Assembly (NCBI GenBank): GCA_965220085.1
Contig: CBDCOZ010000003.1
Location: 1-64,000 of the forward strand
Source: Candidatus Oxydemutatoraceae bacterium
GTDB taxonomy: Bacteria; Pseudomonadota; Gammaproteobacteria; Poriferisulfidales; Oxydemutatoraceae
DNA length: 64,000 nt
Reading direction: 5' to 3'
In this document: positions 1 to 10,415 of the stretch, in pieces
Position numbering within the stretch: position 1 is the first letter of the stretch
Layout of the letters: each line of letters begins with the position of its first letter
Made by a program: the position numbers and the translations under genes
The notes under the pieces: generated by a model
What the model was told of the DNA's origin: nothing
Databases searched by the model: none
Seen by the model: the letters and a program-made list of their open reading frames with translations, nothing else

Positions 1-750
1 GCGGACTTAAGGAATGTTCGGTCGGCGTTTTTGGCGTATCTTAACGGCGATGCCAACTACTACTACGACCATGCGATTGACGAGTATCCTTCCTTCGGGG
101 TCGTTTTCCCGGGCCTTTTCAATCTGTTAGCCGACATTAACGGCATTGAGTCATGTCGGGCAGGAATCATCGCTCCTCCCAGAAAAGAGCGCCTTGAATG
201 CCTGTTCGCGCAGGTTCCGCAGATGCTCGATGTCACGAATATCCCCGGCGCTGCCGTTGCGACCTTCGCTCCCATGCGGGCGCAGGCGGGCAAATTCCTC
301 CGCGTCTGCGCTACCTTTGATGATGACGCCGACAACAGCGAGAGGCGTTGCTGGACTTCCGTTGCGCCGGTCAACGCTTTTGCCACCGGCGAACCGGCGG
401 TGACGGCGGCAGACGGTACCGACCTGACCATGGACGGGCCCAATGTGAGCAGCACACTGACCGCAACCATCGGCATGATAGCCGATGCCAATGGCATCAC
501 TACCTTCTCCCCCGTCTGGCAGTGGCAGCAGGACGCCACAGCCGATGCCCCCTTCACGGACATAGCAGGCGCCACCGCTGAGACCTTCGCTCCCATGCAG
601 GAGCAGGCGGGCAAATTCCTCCGCGTCTGCGCCGCCTTTGATGATGATGACGGCGGCAGCGAGATGCGTTGTTGGACTTCCGTTGCGACGGTGGTCAGAG
701 CCAATATACGCTTGCGCTTGCGTCTCTTTCTTGAAGGGCCGTTGCGATAG
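1..750 (+). CDS. Ig-like repeat protein with C-terminal RLRLRLFLEGPLR tag (family copy 1, probably 5'-truncated by the window)
   Basis: Frame is open from base 1. It holds two copies of the module FAP..QAGKFLRVC..FDDD...SE.RCWTSV and ends IRLRLRLFLEGPLR*. Confidence 0.75.
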   Translation, partial: ADLRNVRSAFLAYLNGDANYYYDHAIDEYPSFGVVFPGLFNLLADINGIESCRAGIIAPPRKERLECLFAQVPQMLDVTNIPGAAVATFAPMRAQAGKFLRVCATFDDDADNSERRCWTSVAPVNAFATGEPAVTAADGTDLTMDGPNVSSTLTATIGMIADANGITTFSPVWQWQQDATADAPFTDIAGATAETFAPMQEQAGKFLRVCAAFDDDDGGSEMRCWTSVATVVRANIRLRLRLFLEGPLR

Positions 751-789
751 CGCGAGTACCCCGCGGCGGAGGGGAGTATTAGGGCGCGC

Positions 790-1036
790 GCGAGGCAGAT
801 ACAAATGAACGCATTCAATGAACGCTTTGACCGCGCGCTCCGGGAAGAGTTTGCGGAGTTTGAAGAGGGTTTGTTGCCGACCGATATGCGGACATTCAAT
901 AATCGTCGGATAAAGTATCCGGTATGGTTTAACGCCAAAACACCACGAAGCGCCCACACTATGGACTGAAACTTCAAGCGCCTATGACACAGCACAATGT
1001 TTGCCCCAAGCGTCCCATATGTCATGGCATCATACA
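790..1036 (+). pseudogene. IS481-family transposase C-terminal remnant with right end
   Basis: Translates to MNAFNERFDRALREEF..F...LL..D...FN.R...Y..WFNAK.P, typical of an integrase-core C-terminus. It ends ...CATACA. A homologous inverted copy lies at about 42717-42905 and a partial copy at about 22265-22345. Confidence 0.55.
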
Positions 1037-1116
1037 ATTGATAGCAATCGCTCGCAGAAAGGTGTAAACTTCGCATTCCGACAAATACCGAACCACCAAA
1101 CTACGGGATTAAAATC

Positions 1117-2403
1117 ATGACAGACAAAAAACAAGGCTTCTCTACGCGGGCAATTCACGAAGGGGCGCAACCGGACCCTAGCACCGGCGCGCGCATCACT
1201 CCGATTCACCAATCCACCGCTTTTGTCTTCGACGATGTCGAACATGCGGCGGCGTTGTTCAATCTGGAGACTGCGGGCTTTATCTATTCGCGGCTGACAA
1301 ACCCGACCGTCGATGTGTTACAAAAGCGGCTGGCGGGGCTTGAGGGCGGGGCCGCCGCAGTGTGCGCCGCATCGGGACACTCGGCGCAATTGCTTTCGCT
1401 GTTTGCTCTGATGGAAGCGGGCGATGATTTTATCGCCTCAAACAAATTGTACGGCGGTTCCATCACGCAATTCGGGCACGCCTTCAAACGCTTTGGCTGG
1501 AATGTCATCTTCGTCGATCCGGATGACCCGCAGAATTTTGAGAAGGCGATGACGCCCAAGACAAAGGCGATCTTTACCGAGACGATTGCCAACCCGGGCG
1601 GGATTATTTGCGACATCAAAGCGATCAGCGACATCGCGCATAAACACAATGTGCCGTACATTGTTGACAACACGCTGGCAACGCCGGCGCTGATGCGCCC
1701 GATTGAACACGGCGCCGACATCGTTATCCACTCAACGACCAAGTTCCTGAGCGGGCACGGCAATGCGATGGGCGGCGTGATTATAGACAGCGGCAACTTT
1801 GACTGGAAGCAAAGCGGCAAGTTCCCCGCGCTGACCGAGCCATGCGCCGCTTATCACGGCACTTGCTTTGGCGAGACTTTCGGCGCGGCAGCGTATGCGA
1901 TTTACACGCTCGCCGTCGGTCTGCGCGATTTGGGGCCCGCAATGGCGCCGATGAACGCTTATCTGACGCTTACCGGAGTCGAGACGCTGCCGCTTCGGAT
2001 GCAAAAGCACGCCGGCAATGCGTTGGAAGTCGCAACCTGGCTTGACAAGAATGACAGCGTTGAATGGGTCTCTTATGCCGGCTTGCAAGCAAACCCCTAC
2101 CATGCGCTGGCGCAAAAATACTGCCCTGCGGGCGCCGGTTCGGTGTTTACTTTTGGCGTCAAGGGGGGCTATGAGGCCGGCATCAAAGTGGTCGAGGGTT
2201 GCGAACTGTTTTCGCACCTTGCCAACATAGGCGATACCCGCTCGTTGATCATACATCCGGCATCGACTACGCATCGCCAATTGGACGATCAGCAGAAGGT
2301 CGCCGCCGGCGCCGGGCCGGAAGTGGTCCGCGTTTCCATCGGGATTGAGGACGCCGCCGATATCATCGCTGATCTTGAGCAGTCTCTCGCCAAGGCAAAG
2401 TAA
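1117..2403 (+). CDS. metY: O-acetylhomoserine aminocarboxypropyltransferase/cysteine synthase
   Basis: Motifs YSRLTNPT, DNT.ATP, HSTTKFLSGHG (PLP lysine) and HPASTTHRQL. Confidence 0.92.
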   Translation: MTDKKQGFSTRAIHEGAQPDPSTGARITPIHQSTAFVFDDVEHAAALFNLETAGFIYSRLTNPTVDVLQKRLAGLEGGAAAVCAASGHSAQLLSLFALMEAGDDFIASNKLYGGSITQFGHAFKRFGWNVIFVDPDDPQNFEKAMTPKTKAIFTETIANPGGIICDIKAISDIAHKHNVPYIVDNTLATPALMRPIEHGADIVIHSTTKFLSGHGNAMGGVIIDSGNFDWKQSGKFPALTEPCAAYHGTCFGETFGAAAYAIYTLAVGLRDLGPAMAPMNAYLTLTGVETLPLRMQKHAGNALEVATWLDKNDSVEWVSYAGLQANPYHALAQKYCPAGAGSVFTFGVKGGYEAGIKVVEGCELFSHLANIGDTRSLIIHPASTTHRQLDDQQKVAAGAGPEVVRVSIGIEDAADIIADLEQSLAKAK

Positions 2404-2430
2404 GAAGCTTTTTCTACGGCGCCGATGCCA

Positions 2431-2712
2431 GTTATCACTCCCTCCTTGCGGGGGAGTCGGCAAGCTCAGGGGGCCGACGAGCGGGTAGCCTGGCGGCAGC
2501 TACTCCGATACGCTGCTCCGACATGCTCCTCTCGCACCATCCCCGCAGGCAAGCCGGCGGGAGTGATGACTCGTGCGAGAACTGAGCTTGCCCCCACGCA
2601 TCGCCCTTCGCCTAACGGCTCGGACTCCGCACTCGGTGCAGGCCGGAGGTTTTCCCACAAAGAGGCATGAGTCGGCGGAGCCATTCCCCCGCAAGGGAGT
2701 GATGACTCGTGC
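2431..2712. repeat. REP/MITE-like intergenic element
   Basis: Imperfect terminal inverted repeats (ATCACTCCCTCCTTGCGGGGGA / TCCCCCGCAAGGGAGTGAT) and an internal direct repeat GGGAGTGATGACTCGTGCG x2. Related sequence lies at about 35505-35550 and 23925-23955. Confidence 0.6.
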
Positions 2713-2735
2713 GCGACAGGCGCTGCCGCACCGCT

Positions 2736-4328
2736 TTATTCTGTCGCCTGATCCAGATAGGCTTTGATATAGGCATCCAGAGGCAGGGTGTCGTTCGCTT
2801 CAATCTCGGCTTGGGCGCTATGACTCTGCTCTGCCACACGGTCGAATTCCGCCCGTTGTTTCTCCGCCAACGGTCGGCTTGCGAACTCTTCGCGAAAGCG
2901 TCTGGCCTGGCGCTCCGCAAATGCGACAAAGCTCGCATCGCTATCGCGCATCGCCCGCAACAACTGCGCCGAAGGGCAACTGGCGGAATGTTTGAACTTC
3001 TCTGTTTGCCGGTCCAAAACATCTTGGTATAAGCGCTTGCCGGACTTGGCGTCCATCAACTCCGCAAGTGCGCGCATCCGGTCGCATACTTCCAGCCCCC
3101 ACTGTTGTAACGACCGTTGCCTCCCGTTCGCGGCAAGTTTAAGGCCCGGACGCCGGCCATCGTGCGCGACCGTAATCTCGTTGCCGCTTATCTCGTCCCA
3201 ATCCGTATCCTCTATTGCCGGGCTGTCTTCCAGCAGACAAAACAGCATCAGCAGTTCCAGAAAATACAACTGCTCCAAACTCACGCCGGCGGGTTCAAAC
3301 GTATTTACGTCGAGTGAGCGCAGTTCGACATAGCTGATGCCCTTGTTGCGCAACGCCGCCAGAGGCATCTCTCCCCTTTGCGGCGGGTATTTCGGTCGCG
3401 CGCTGCTGTAATACTCATTCTCTATCTGCAATATGCACGCGCTCAGTTGGTAATATTCGCCGCCGACATTGACGCCGATGGCGCGGTATTCGTCGCATTC
3501 GGTCGTCACCGCGCGCGCCAGACTGGCGATGTATTCGGGCAGGCTGTTGTAAGAGGCCGCGAATCGCACCTTGGCATCGCGGTTGTTCTGGTAACCGATA
3601 TCTCCCATGCGCAAGGATGTCGCGTAACGACCGTACAGCGTCGCTTCGTCAAACCTTTCCAGCGAAGTCCGCGTCGTGCCGAGGAAATTGCGACACACTG
3701 CCGGGGAAATGCCAAACAAGTAGGGCGCCATCCACCCCAGGCGCAGAAAGTTGCGCAGCAAATCCATATAGCGACGCGAGCGGAAGGCGCGCATATCATC
3801 ATCGGGGCGGCGGCTGTTGTCGCGCAGCGCCGCCCACAGATCGTCGCCGAACGAGTAGTTGAAGTGCACGCCCGCGATGGTCTGCATCGCCCGACCATAA
3901 CGGTAACCCAAGCCGTTGCGGTAGATTGTTTTCATCCGTCCGCTATTTGAGGTGCCGTAGTAGGCGAGGGGAATCTCGGCTTCGGTGCGGATGATGCAGG
4001 GCATGCTTGCGGGCCACAACAGCTCCTCGCCAAGATGCGAAAAGACGCCGGCGTGAATATCGCACAGAAACGCGCGCGCAGTGCGCGCATCGGGCAAAGG
4101 CGGCACGACAAACTCCAGCAAGGCTTCCGAATAATCTGTCGTGATGTGCGGGTGGGTGAGAGCGGAACCCAGCGCGCGCGGATGCGGCGTCTTTGCCAAC
4201 ATCCCGCCGGAACGACTGACGCGCAGCGATTCCTTCTCTATGCCGATCAGCCGCCCGGCGTGAACGAGACGCTTGCCGTCGGCGGCGGTCAGAGCGTCAA
4301 GGCGGGTAGCGAAGGTTTGCTTGCTCAT
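2736..4328 (-). CDS. gshA: Glutamate--cysteine ligase
   Basis: Motifs GIEKESLRV, HPHITTDYSEALLEF, GVHFNYS, LQIENEYYS and YVELRSLDVN. Confidence 0.95.
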   Translation of the reverse strand: MSKQTFATRLDALTAADGKRLVHAGRLIGIEKESLRVSRSGGMLAKTPHPRALGSALTHPHITTDYSEALLEFVVPPLPDARTARAFLCDIHAGVFSHLGEELLWPASMPCIIRTEAEIPLAYYGTSNSGRMKTIYRNGLGYRYGRAMQTIAGVHFNYSFGDDLWAALRDNSRRPDDDMRAFRSRRYMDLLRNFLRLGWMAPYLFGISPAVCRNFLGTTRTSLERFDEATLYGRYATSLRMGDIGYQNNRDAKVRFAASYNSLPEYIASLARAVTTECDEYRAIGVNVGGEYYQLSACILQIENEYYSSARPKYPPQRGEMPLAALRNKGISYVELRSLDVNTFEPAGVSLEQLYFLELLMLFCLLEDSPAIEDTDWDEISGNEITVAHDGRRPGLKLAANGRQRSLQQWGLEVCDRMRALAELMDAKSGKRLYQDVLDRQTEKFKHSASCPSAQLLRAMRDSDASFVAFAERQARRFREEFASRPLAEKQRAEFDRVAEQSHSAQAEIEANDTLPLDAYIKAYLDQATE

Positions 4329-4900
4329 AGGGCGTTGCGAAACAATTGCCAATCAAAGTGCGGCCCGGGGTCGGTCTTCCTTGCCGGCGCGATGTCGCTG
4401 TGGCCGGTGACATTGTGAGCGCTCAGGGTCGGGTATGCATCGAGCAATGCGCGGGTAATCTCGCCCAAACGGTCGTATTGAATCGGCTCATAAGCGTCCC
4501 AATCGCTGCCCTCAAGTTCAATCCCGATTGAGAAATCATTGCAACGCTTGCGCCCGCGGTAATCGGACTCCCCCGCATGCCAAGCTCTCTTATTGAACGG
4601 CACAAACTGCAATACCTCGCCGTCTCGCCGAATGACAAGATGAGCCGAGACACGCAAGGCGCCAAGCTCGGCATAGATCGTCCCATCGGCGGGGGCGAGC
4701 GTACGAGTAAACAGCTTCTCAATGCCTTCGCCGCCGTAACAGCCGGCGGGCACGCTGATGCCGTGTATGACGATCAAATCCGCGGTCGCCCCATGCGGAC
4801 GATCGTCATGGTTCGGCGATTTGATGTGACGTATGTCCTCGATCAGATGGCTGGAAGTGTTAATCTGCATTCTCATGAACCGGCAATCATAATGCCTCAT
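4325..4900 (-). CDS. ampD: 1,6-anhydro-N-acetylmuramyl-L-alanine amidase
   Basis: Motifs SPNHDDRP, VSAHLVI, RAWHAG, CNDFSIGIELEG and RKTDPG. The start may lie slightly downstream. Confidence 0.93.
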   Translation of the reverse strand: MRHYDCRFMRMQINTSSHLIEDIRHIKSPNHDDRPHGATADLIVIHGISVPAGCYGGEGIEKLFTRTLAPADGTIYAELGALRVSAHLVIRRDGEVLQFVPFNKRAWHAGESDYRGRKRCNDFSIGIELEGSDWDAYEPIQYDRLGEITRALLDAYPTLSAHNVTGHSDIAPARKTDPGPHFDWQLFRNAL

Positions 4901-4921
4901 ATTATCCCACGCTGCGGATAC

Positions 4922-4949
4922 AAAAAAGCCCCGACTGGTCGGGGCTTTT
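4922..4949 (-). terminator. Rho-independent terminator after groEL
   Basis: Hairpin AAAAGCCCCGAC-CA-GTCGGGGCTTTTTT on the minus strand. Confidence 0.85.
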
Positions 4950-4976
4950 AAGCATATAGCGATGGCCGACGGCCGA

Positions 4977-6632
<1,656 letters not shown>

Positions 6633-6663
6633 CTAATAAGTTATTGTTAAGTTTGATAAATGT

Positions 6664-6960
6664 TTACGACTCGATGACGGCCATAATGTCGTCTTCACGC
6701 ATCACGACCAACTCTTCGCCGTCCAGTTTGACTTCATTGCCCGAATATTTTCCGAACAATACTTTGTCCCCGACTTTGACATCCATAGGACGGGTCTCCC
6801 CGTTGTCCAAAAGTTTCCCTTTGCCTATCGCCAGAACCTCGCCCTTCATGGGCTTTTCGGTGGCGCTATCGGGAATCACAATTCCGCCCGGGCTCGTTCT
6901 ATCTTCTTCTGTCCGCTTCACTACAACGCGGTCGTGTAAAGGTTGCAATTTCATTTTCAT
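6664..6960 (-). CDS. groES: Co-chaperonin GroES
   Basis: Motifs [17 protein letters not shown] and GDKVLFGKY. Confidence 0.98.
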   Translation of the reverse strand: MKMKLQPLHDRVVVKRTEEDRTSPGGIVIPDSATEKPMKGEVLAIGKGKLLDNGETRPMDVKVGDKVLFGKYSGNEVKLDGEELVVMREDDIMAVIES

Positions 6961-7204
6961 CTCCTTACAAACGTTTCTTTTTAGCATATAGTTAAAATAT
7001 TTTCTTTCCCCCGCGCATACGACGGGTTCGGTTTTTTTCTACGGGTAGCCCGCAACCGTCTTATCGTGTCGCGAGCTGGGTTCCTAGTGATTAGGAAACG
7101 CTACTATAGGGATATCCGCTAAAAAGTCAATAGGATGTTGCCATATGTTACTGTAATAGGCGCAAATTTTAGGTTCCCCCTCAGCAGGGAGCCGAAGCGG
7201 AATA

Positions 7205-7690
7205 TCACCGGTGGCGACGGTATTCTCCCTCAATCACCTCTGTATCATCCGGCTTGTTGGCGCGCCTCCCTGAGGGGCCGCCGCCTGATCCGCCGCCTTT
7301 CTTTTTGGTCGTCACGAACTTCGCGATGAGATAGCGGCGAAGCAATGGCAAAAGGCATAGCAATCCGATGACATCAGTCAGGAAGCCCGGAATCATCAGC
7401 AGTATCGCGCCCATTATTATGGCGAAGCTGTTGACGACTTCTTGTGACGGGTCCGCTCCTCTGACCATAGAGTAATATGAGAAATACGAGGCGGTCATGC
7501 CATAAAACCTGAGCGTCTGAAACCCCGCCAAGGCCGTTCCTATGACCCAGAAAATCGTGGTCCAGCCGCCTATTTGCGAACCTATCTCAACGAACAGGAA
7601 CAATTCAAGCAGGAACAGAAAAATAAATAATAGTTTGAACAAGGCTACAATAGAAAATCTGTCGGTATTTACAGTATACAATGTTTTCAC
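7205..7690 (-). CDS. fxsA: FxsA family membrane protein
   Basis: Motifs LLMIPGFLTD and C-terminal VIEGEY. Lies upstream of groES. Confidence 0.85.
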   Translation of the reverse strand: MKTLYTVNTDRFSIVALFKLLFIFLFLLELFLFVEIGSQIGGWTTIFWVIGTALAGFQTLRFYGMTASYFSYYSMVRGADPSQEVVNSFAIIMGAILLMIPGFLTDVIGLLCLLPLLRRYLIAKFVTTKKKGGGSGGGPSGRRANKPDDTEVIEGEYRRHR

Positions 7691-7725
7691 TATACAATAG
7701 CTTGGCTTTTGAGGGCCCTATCAAA

Positions 7726-8061
7726 ATGGCGCAGTTACAGAAACAACCGCATTTTATCTTGGCGCAAACCACCGTGGAGAAGCGCTCTGACGCAGAGAAG
7801 ATCGCGCGGGCTCTGGTTGGAAATCATCTCTGCGCCTGCGTACAGATCATCGATTCTGTTACGTCCGTGTACCAGTGGCAACAACAAACCAAAGCGGCGC
7901 AAGAATATATCCTGAGCGGCAAGACAACGATGGCGCTGTGGCCGGATGTGCGCGATCAGATAAAACGCTCGCACCCGTACGAGTTGCCGGAGATCATCGC
8001 GTTGCCCATCATCGCAGCCAGCGCCGAATATTCGCAATGGTTGGAAAAGCAATGCTCGTGA
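7726..8061 (+). CDS. cutA: Divalent-cation tolerance protein CutA
   Basis: Motifs CACVQI, SVYQW and HPYELPEII. Confidence 0.92.
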   Translation: MAQLQKQPHFILAQTTVEKRSDAEKIARALVGNHLCACVQIIDSVTSVYQWQQQTKAAQEYILSGKTTMALWPDVRDQIKRSHPYELPEIIALPIIAASAEYSQWLEKQCS

Positions 8062-9833
8062 TTCGCCGCAGCTTCATCGCGCTTCTGCTTGCCGCAACCG
8101 CCCTGCCGTTTGCGGCGGCGCAATTGCCGGGCCTGTCGACGAGCAATCAAGATGAGTTTCTGCCGGTCGAAGAAGCTTTTGTAATCGGCGTCAGCCGCAT
8201 GGCGGATGATTATCTCACCGTGCAATGGGACATTGCGCAGGATTATTATCTTTACCGCGACAAGATCAAGGTCGTTGTCGGCGATGAAACGGCGCATGTG
8301 TCAAAGCCGCCAGGGCAGACAATCAGCGACCCTTTCTTCGGCGATGTCGCCGTCTATCGCATACGGACAGTCGTCGCATTTGAAGGCGCCGGCGCGCAAA
8401 CCGCAGACATTACCTGGCAGGGGTGCGCCGACGCCGGGCTCTGTTACCCGCCGGTTACAAAAACATTCGCGCTCGCCGAACTGCCCGCAACCGATGCCGG
8501 CAGCGGGATGAGCGCGCCGTCGCGGGTATCCGAGCAACAACAGTTGGCGGAGTATCTCGACAAGACCGGGCTGTTGTTAGCCGCTCTCGCTTTCTTCGGC
8601 CTCGGCCTGCTGTTGGCATTCACGCCGTGTGTCTTGCCGATGATCCCGATACTCTCCACCCTGATCACGTCATCCCACACCGGCGAGCGGTCATCGAGAA
8701 ACGCCTTCGCGCTGTCGCTGGTCTATGTGCTGGCGATGGCGCTGACCTACAGCGTTGCGGGAGTGGTCATCGCGCTCTCCGGCAGCGGTTTTCAGATCTG
8801 GTTTCAGCACCCGGCGGTTCTGACCGCATTCGCGGCGCTATTCGTCGTCCTCGCTTTTGGCATGTTCGGGTTCTATAACCTGCAACTGCCGGCCGCGCTG
8901 AGCGCGCGCCTGGCGCAAGTCGGCGAAAACCGTCGCGGCAGTCTGACCGGCGCCGCCGTCATGGGCGTGTTCTCGGCGCTGATTGTAAGCCCCTGTGTCA
9001 CGCCGCCGCTTATCGGCGCGTTGTTGTTTGTCGCCCGCAGCGGCGATGCGGCGACCGGCGGCATCGCGCTGTTCGCTCTCGCCCTTGGCATGGGAGCGCC
9101 ATTGCTCGTCATAGGCACATCGATGGGACGGTTCATGCCAAAACCCGGCCCCGGGTTGGATGTGATAAAAGCCATCGGCGGATTCATCATGATTGGCGTG
9201 GCCATCTGGTTGCTCGACCGCACAGCCGCGCCGTCCGTAATCGCTTTGCTCGGCGGCTTGCTCATCGCCGCTATCGGCCTGTTTTTGCTGCGAGCAAGCG
9301 CCGCGTGGAAGCGGATGCGGACAGTTATGCGAGCCGGCGGTTTGGTCGCGCTGATTTACGGAGGCGCGCTCGCGGCATACGCGATAAACGGCGGCAGCAA
9401 CTGGTTGCAACCGTGGCGGACGGATGCGACTCAGACAGCGCAGACGACGGCGCACGCTCCCCTCTTTCCGCGCGTGACCGCCTTGCAAGAGGTACAAGCG
9501 GCGGTGCGGAAGAATCTGGCGGCGGAGCAGATTACGACCTTGGTGTTTTACGCTGACTGGTGCGTGAGTTGCAAAGAACTGGAAGTATTAACTTTCAGCG
9601 ATGACAAAGTTAAAAAGTTGCTTGCTCAAACCGACGTGCTGGAAGCCGACATCACCAAGCCCGGGGAGGACAGCCGCGAGTTGCTATCGCATTTTGGATT
9701 GTTCGGCCCTCCGGCAATACTGTTCTTTGACCGGCAAGGGCGCGAAGCGGAATCGCTGCGGGTTGTCGGCTTTGTCAATGCGGATGACTTCAGCGAGCAC
9801 ATGCGGTCGGTGTTGAACGCCTTTTCCAACTGA
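8052..9833 (+). CDS. dsbD: Protein-disulfide reductase DsbD
   Basis: Motifs QGCADAGLCYPP, FTPCVLPMIPI, SPCVTPPL and YADWCVSCK. Confidence 0.95.
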   Translation: MLVIRRSFIALLLAATALPFAAAQLPGLSTSNQDEFLPVEEAFVIGVSRMADDYLTVQWDIAQDYYLYRDKIKVVVGDETAHVSKPPGQTISDPFFGDVAVYRIRTVVAFEGAGAQTADITWQGCADAGLCYPPVTKTFALAELPATDAGSGMSAPSRVSEQQQLAEYLDKTGLLLAALAFFGLGLLLAFTPCVLPMIPILSTLITSSHTGERSSRNAFALSLVYVLAMALTYSVAGVVIALSGSGFQIWFQHPAVLTAFAALFVVLAFGMFGFYNLQLPAALSARLAQVGENRRGSLTGAAVMGVFSALIVSPCVTPPLIGALLFVARSGDAATGGIALFALALGMGAPLLVIGTSMGRFMPKPGPGLDVIKAIGGFIMIGVAIWLLDRTAAPSVIALLGGLLIAAIGLFLLRASAAWKRMRTVMRAGGLVALIYGGALAAYAINGGSNWLQPWRTDATQTAQTTAHAPLFPRVTALQEVQAAVRKNLAAEQITTLVFYADWCVSCKELEVLTFSDDKVKKLLAQTDVLEADITKPGEDSRELLSHFGLFGPPAILFFDRQGREAESLRVVGFVNADDFSEHMRSVLNAFSN

Positions 9834-9847
9834 CGACTTACATACAA

Positions 9848-10387
9848 ATGCGCAAAAGATTTGTCATCCTGACTCTGGCCTTGGCAACCGCCATGGGCGC
9901 CTTCGCCGGCTACTATGTCAAATATCATTTGCCCGCTTCGGGGGTGTCGGCGCAATCGGACTTGATCAACAGCAAGAGGGCCGAGTTCGCGCTGCTCGAT
10001 TACGACGACAAGCAAGTGTCCGTCGGCGCTTGGGATGGCAACGTCATCATGCTCAACTTCTGGGCCTCGTGGTGCCCGCCGTGTCGCCGCGAGATACCCG
10101 GCTTCAGTCAGGTCCGAGAGCTCTATCACGATGACGGGTTTGAAGTGATAGGCATCGCCATAGACGACAAAGAAAAAGCCGAAGCGTTTCTGCAAGCGAT
10201 GCCGGATGTCAAATACCCGCAACTGGTCGGTTATAACGATGCCATAGCCGTGGCCAAACTTTTCGGCAACAAACACGGCGGCCTGCCCTACAGCGTCATT
10301 ATTGACAGCGAGGGCATCATCCGTTTTATCAAAGCCGGCGAATTATCCAAGGATGAGCTGATAGATCAGGTTGAGCCTCTGCTCTGA
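9848..10387 (+). CDS. TlpA/ResA thiol-disulfide oxidoreductase
   Basis: Motif LNFWASWCPPCRREIP with an N-terminal membrane anchor. Confidence 0.9.
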   Translation: MRKRFVILTLALATAMGAFAGYYVKYHLPASGVSAQSDLINSKRAEFALLDYDDKQVSVGAWDGNVIMLNFWASWCPPCRREIPGFSQVRELYHDDGFEVIGIAIDDKEKAEAFLQAMPDVKYPQLVGYNDAIAVAKLFGNKHGGLPYSVIIDSEGIIRFIKAGELSKDELIDQVEPLL

Positions 10388-10415
10388 CACACATCCGCGG
10401 CGATGGTTCGCAAAA

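Noticed and set aside
709-750. The tag as a purely DNA-level repeat with coincidental translation
   Set aside because: Differences among the gene-linked copies are synonymous, and the tag is in frame at the end of all six genes.
63-1076. Long antisense or overlapping ORFs (e.g. 63-1076, 4962-5882, 18737-20068, 26416-27528, 34017-35042)
   Set aside because: These are shadow frames of real GC-rich genes and contain no recognisable motifs.
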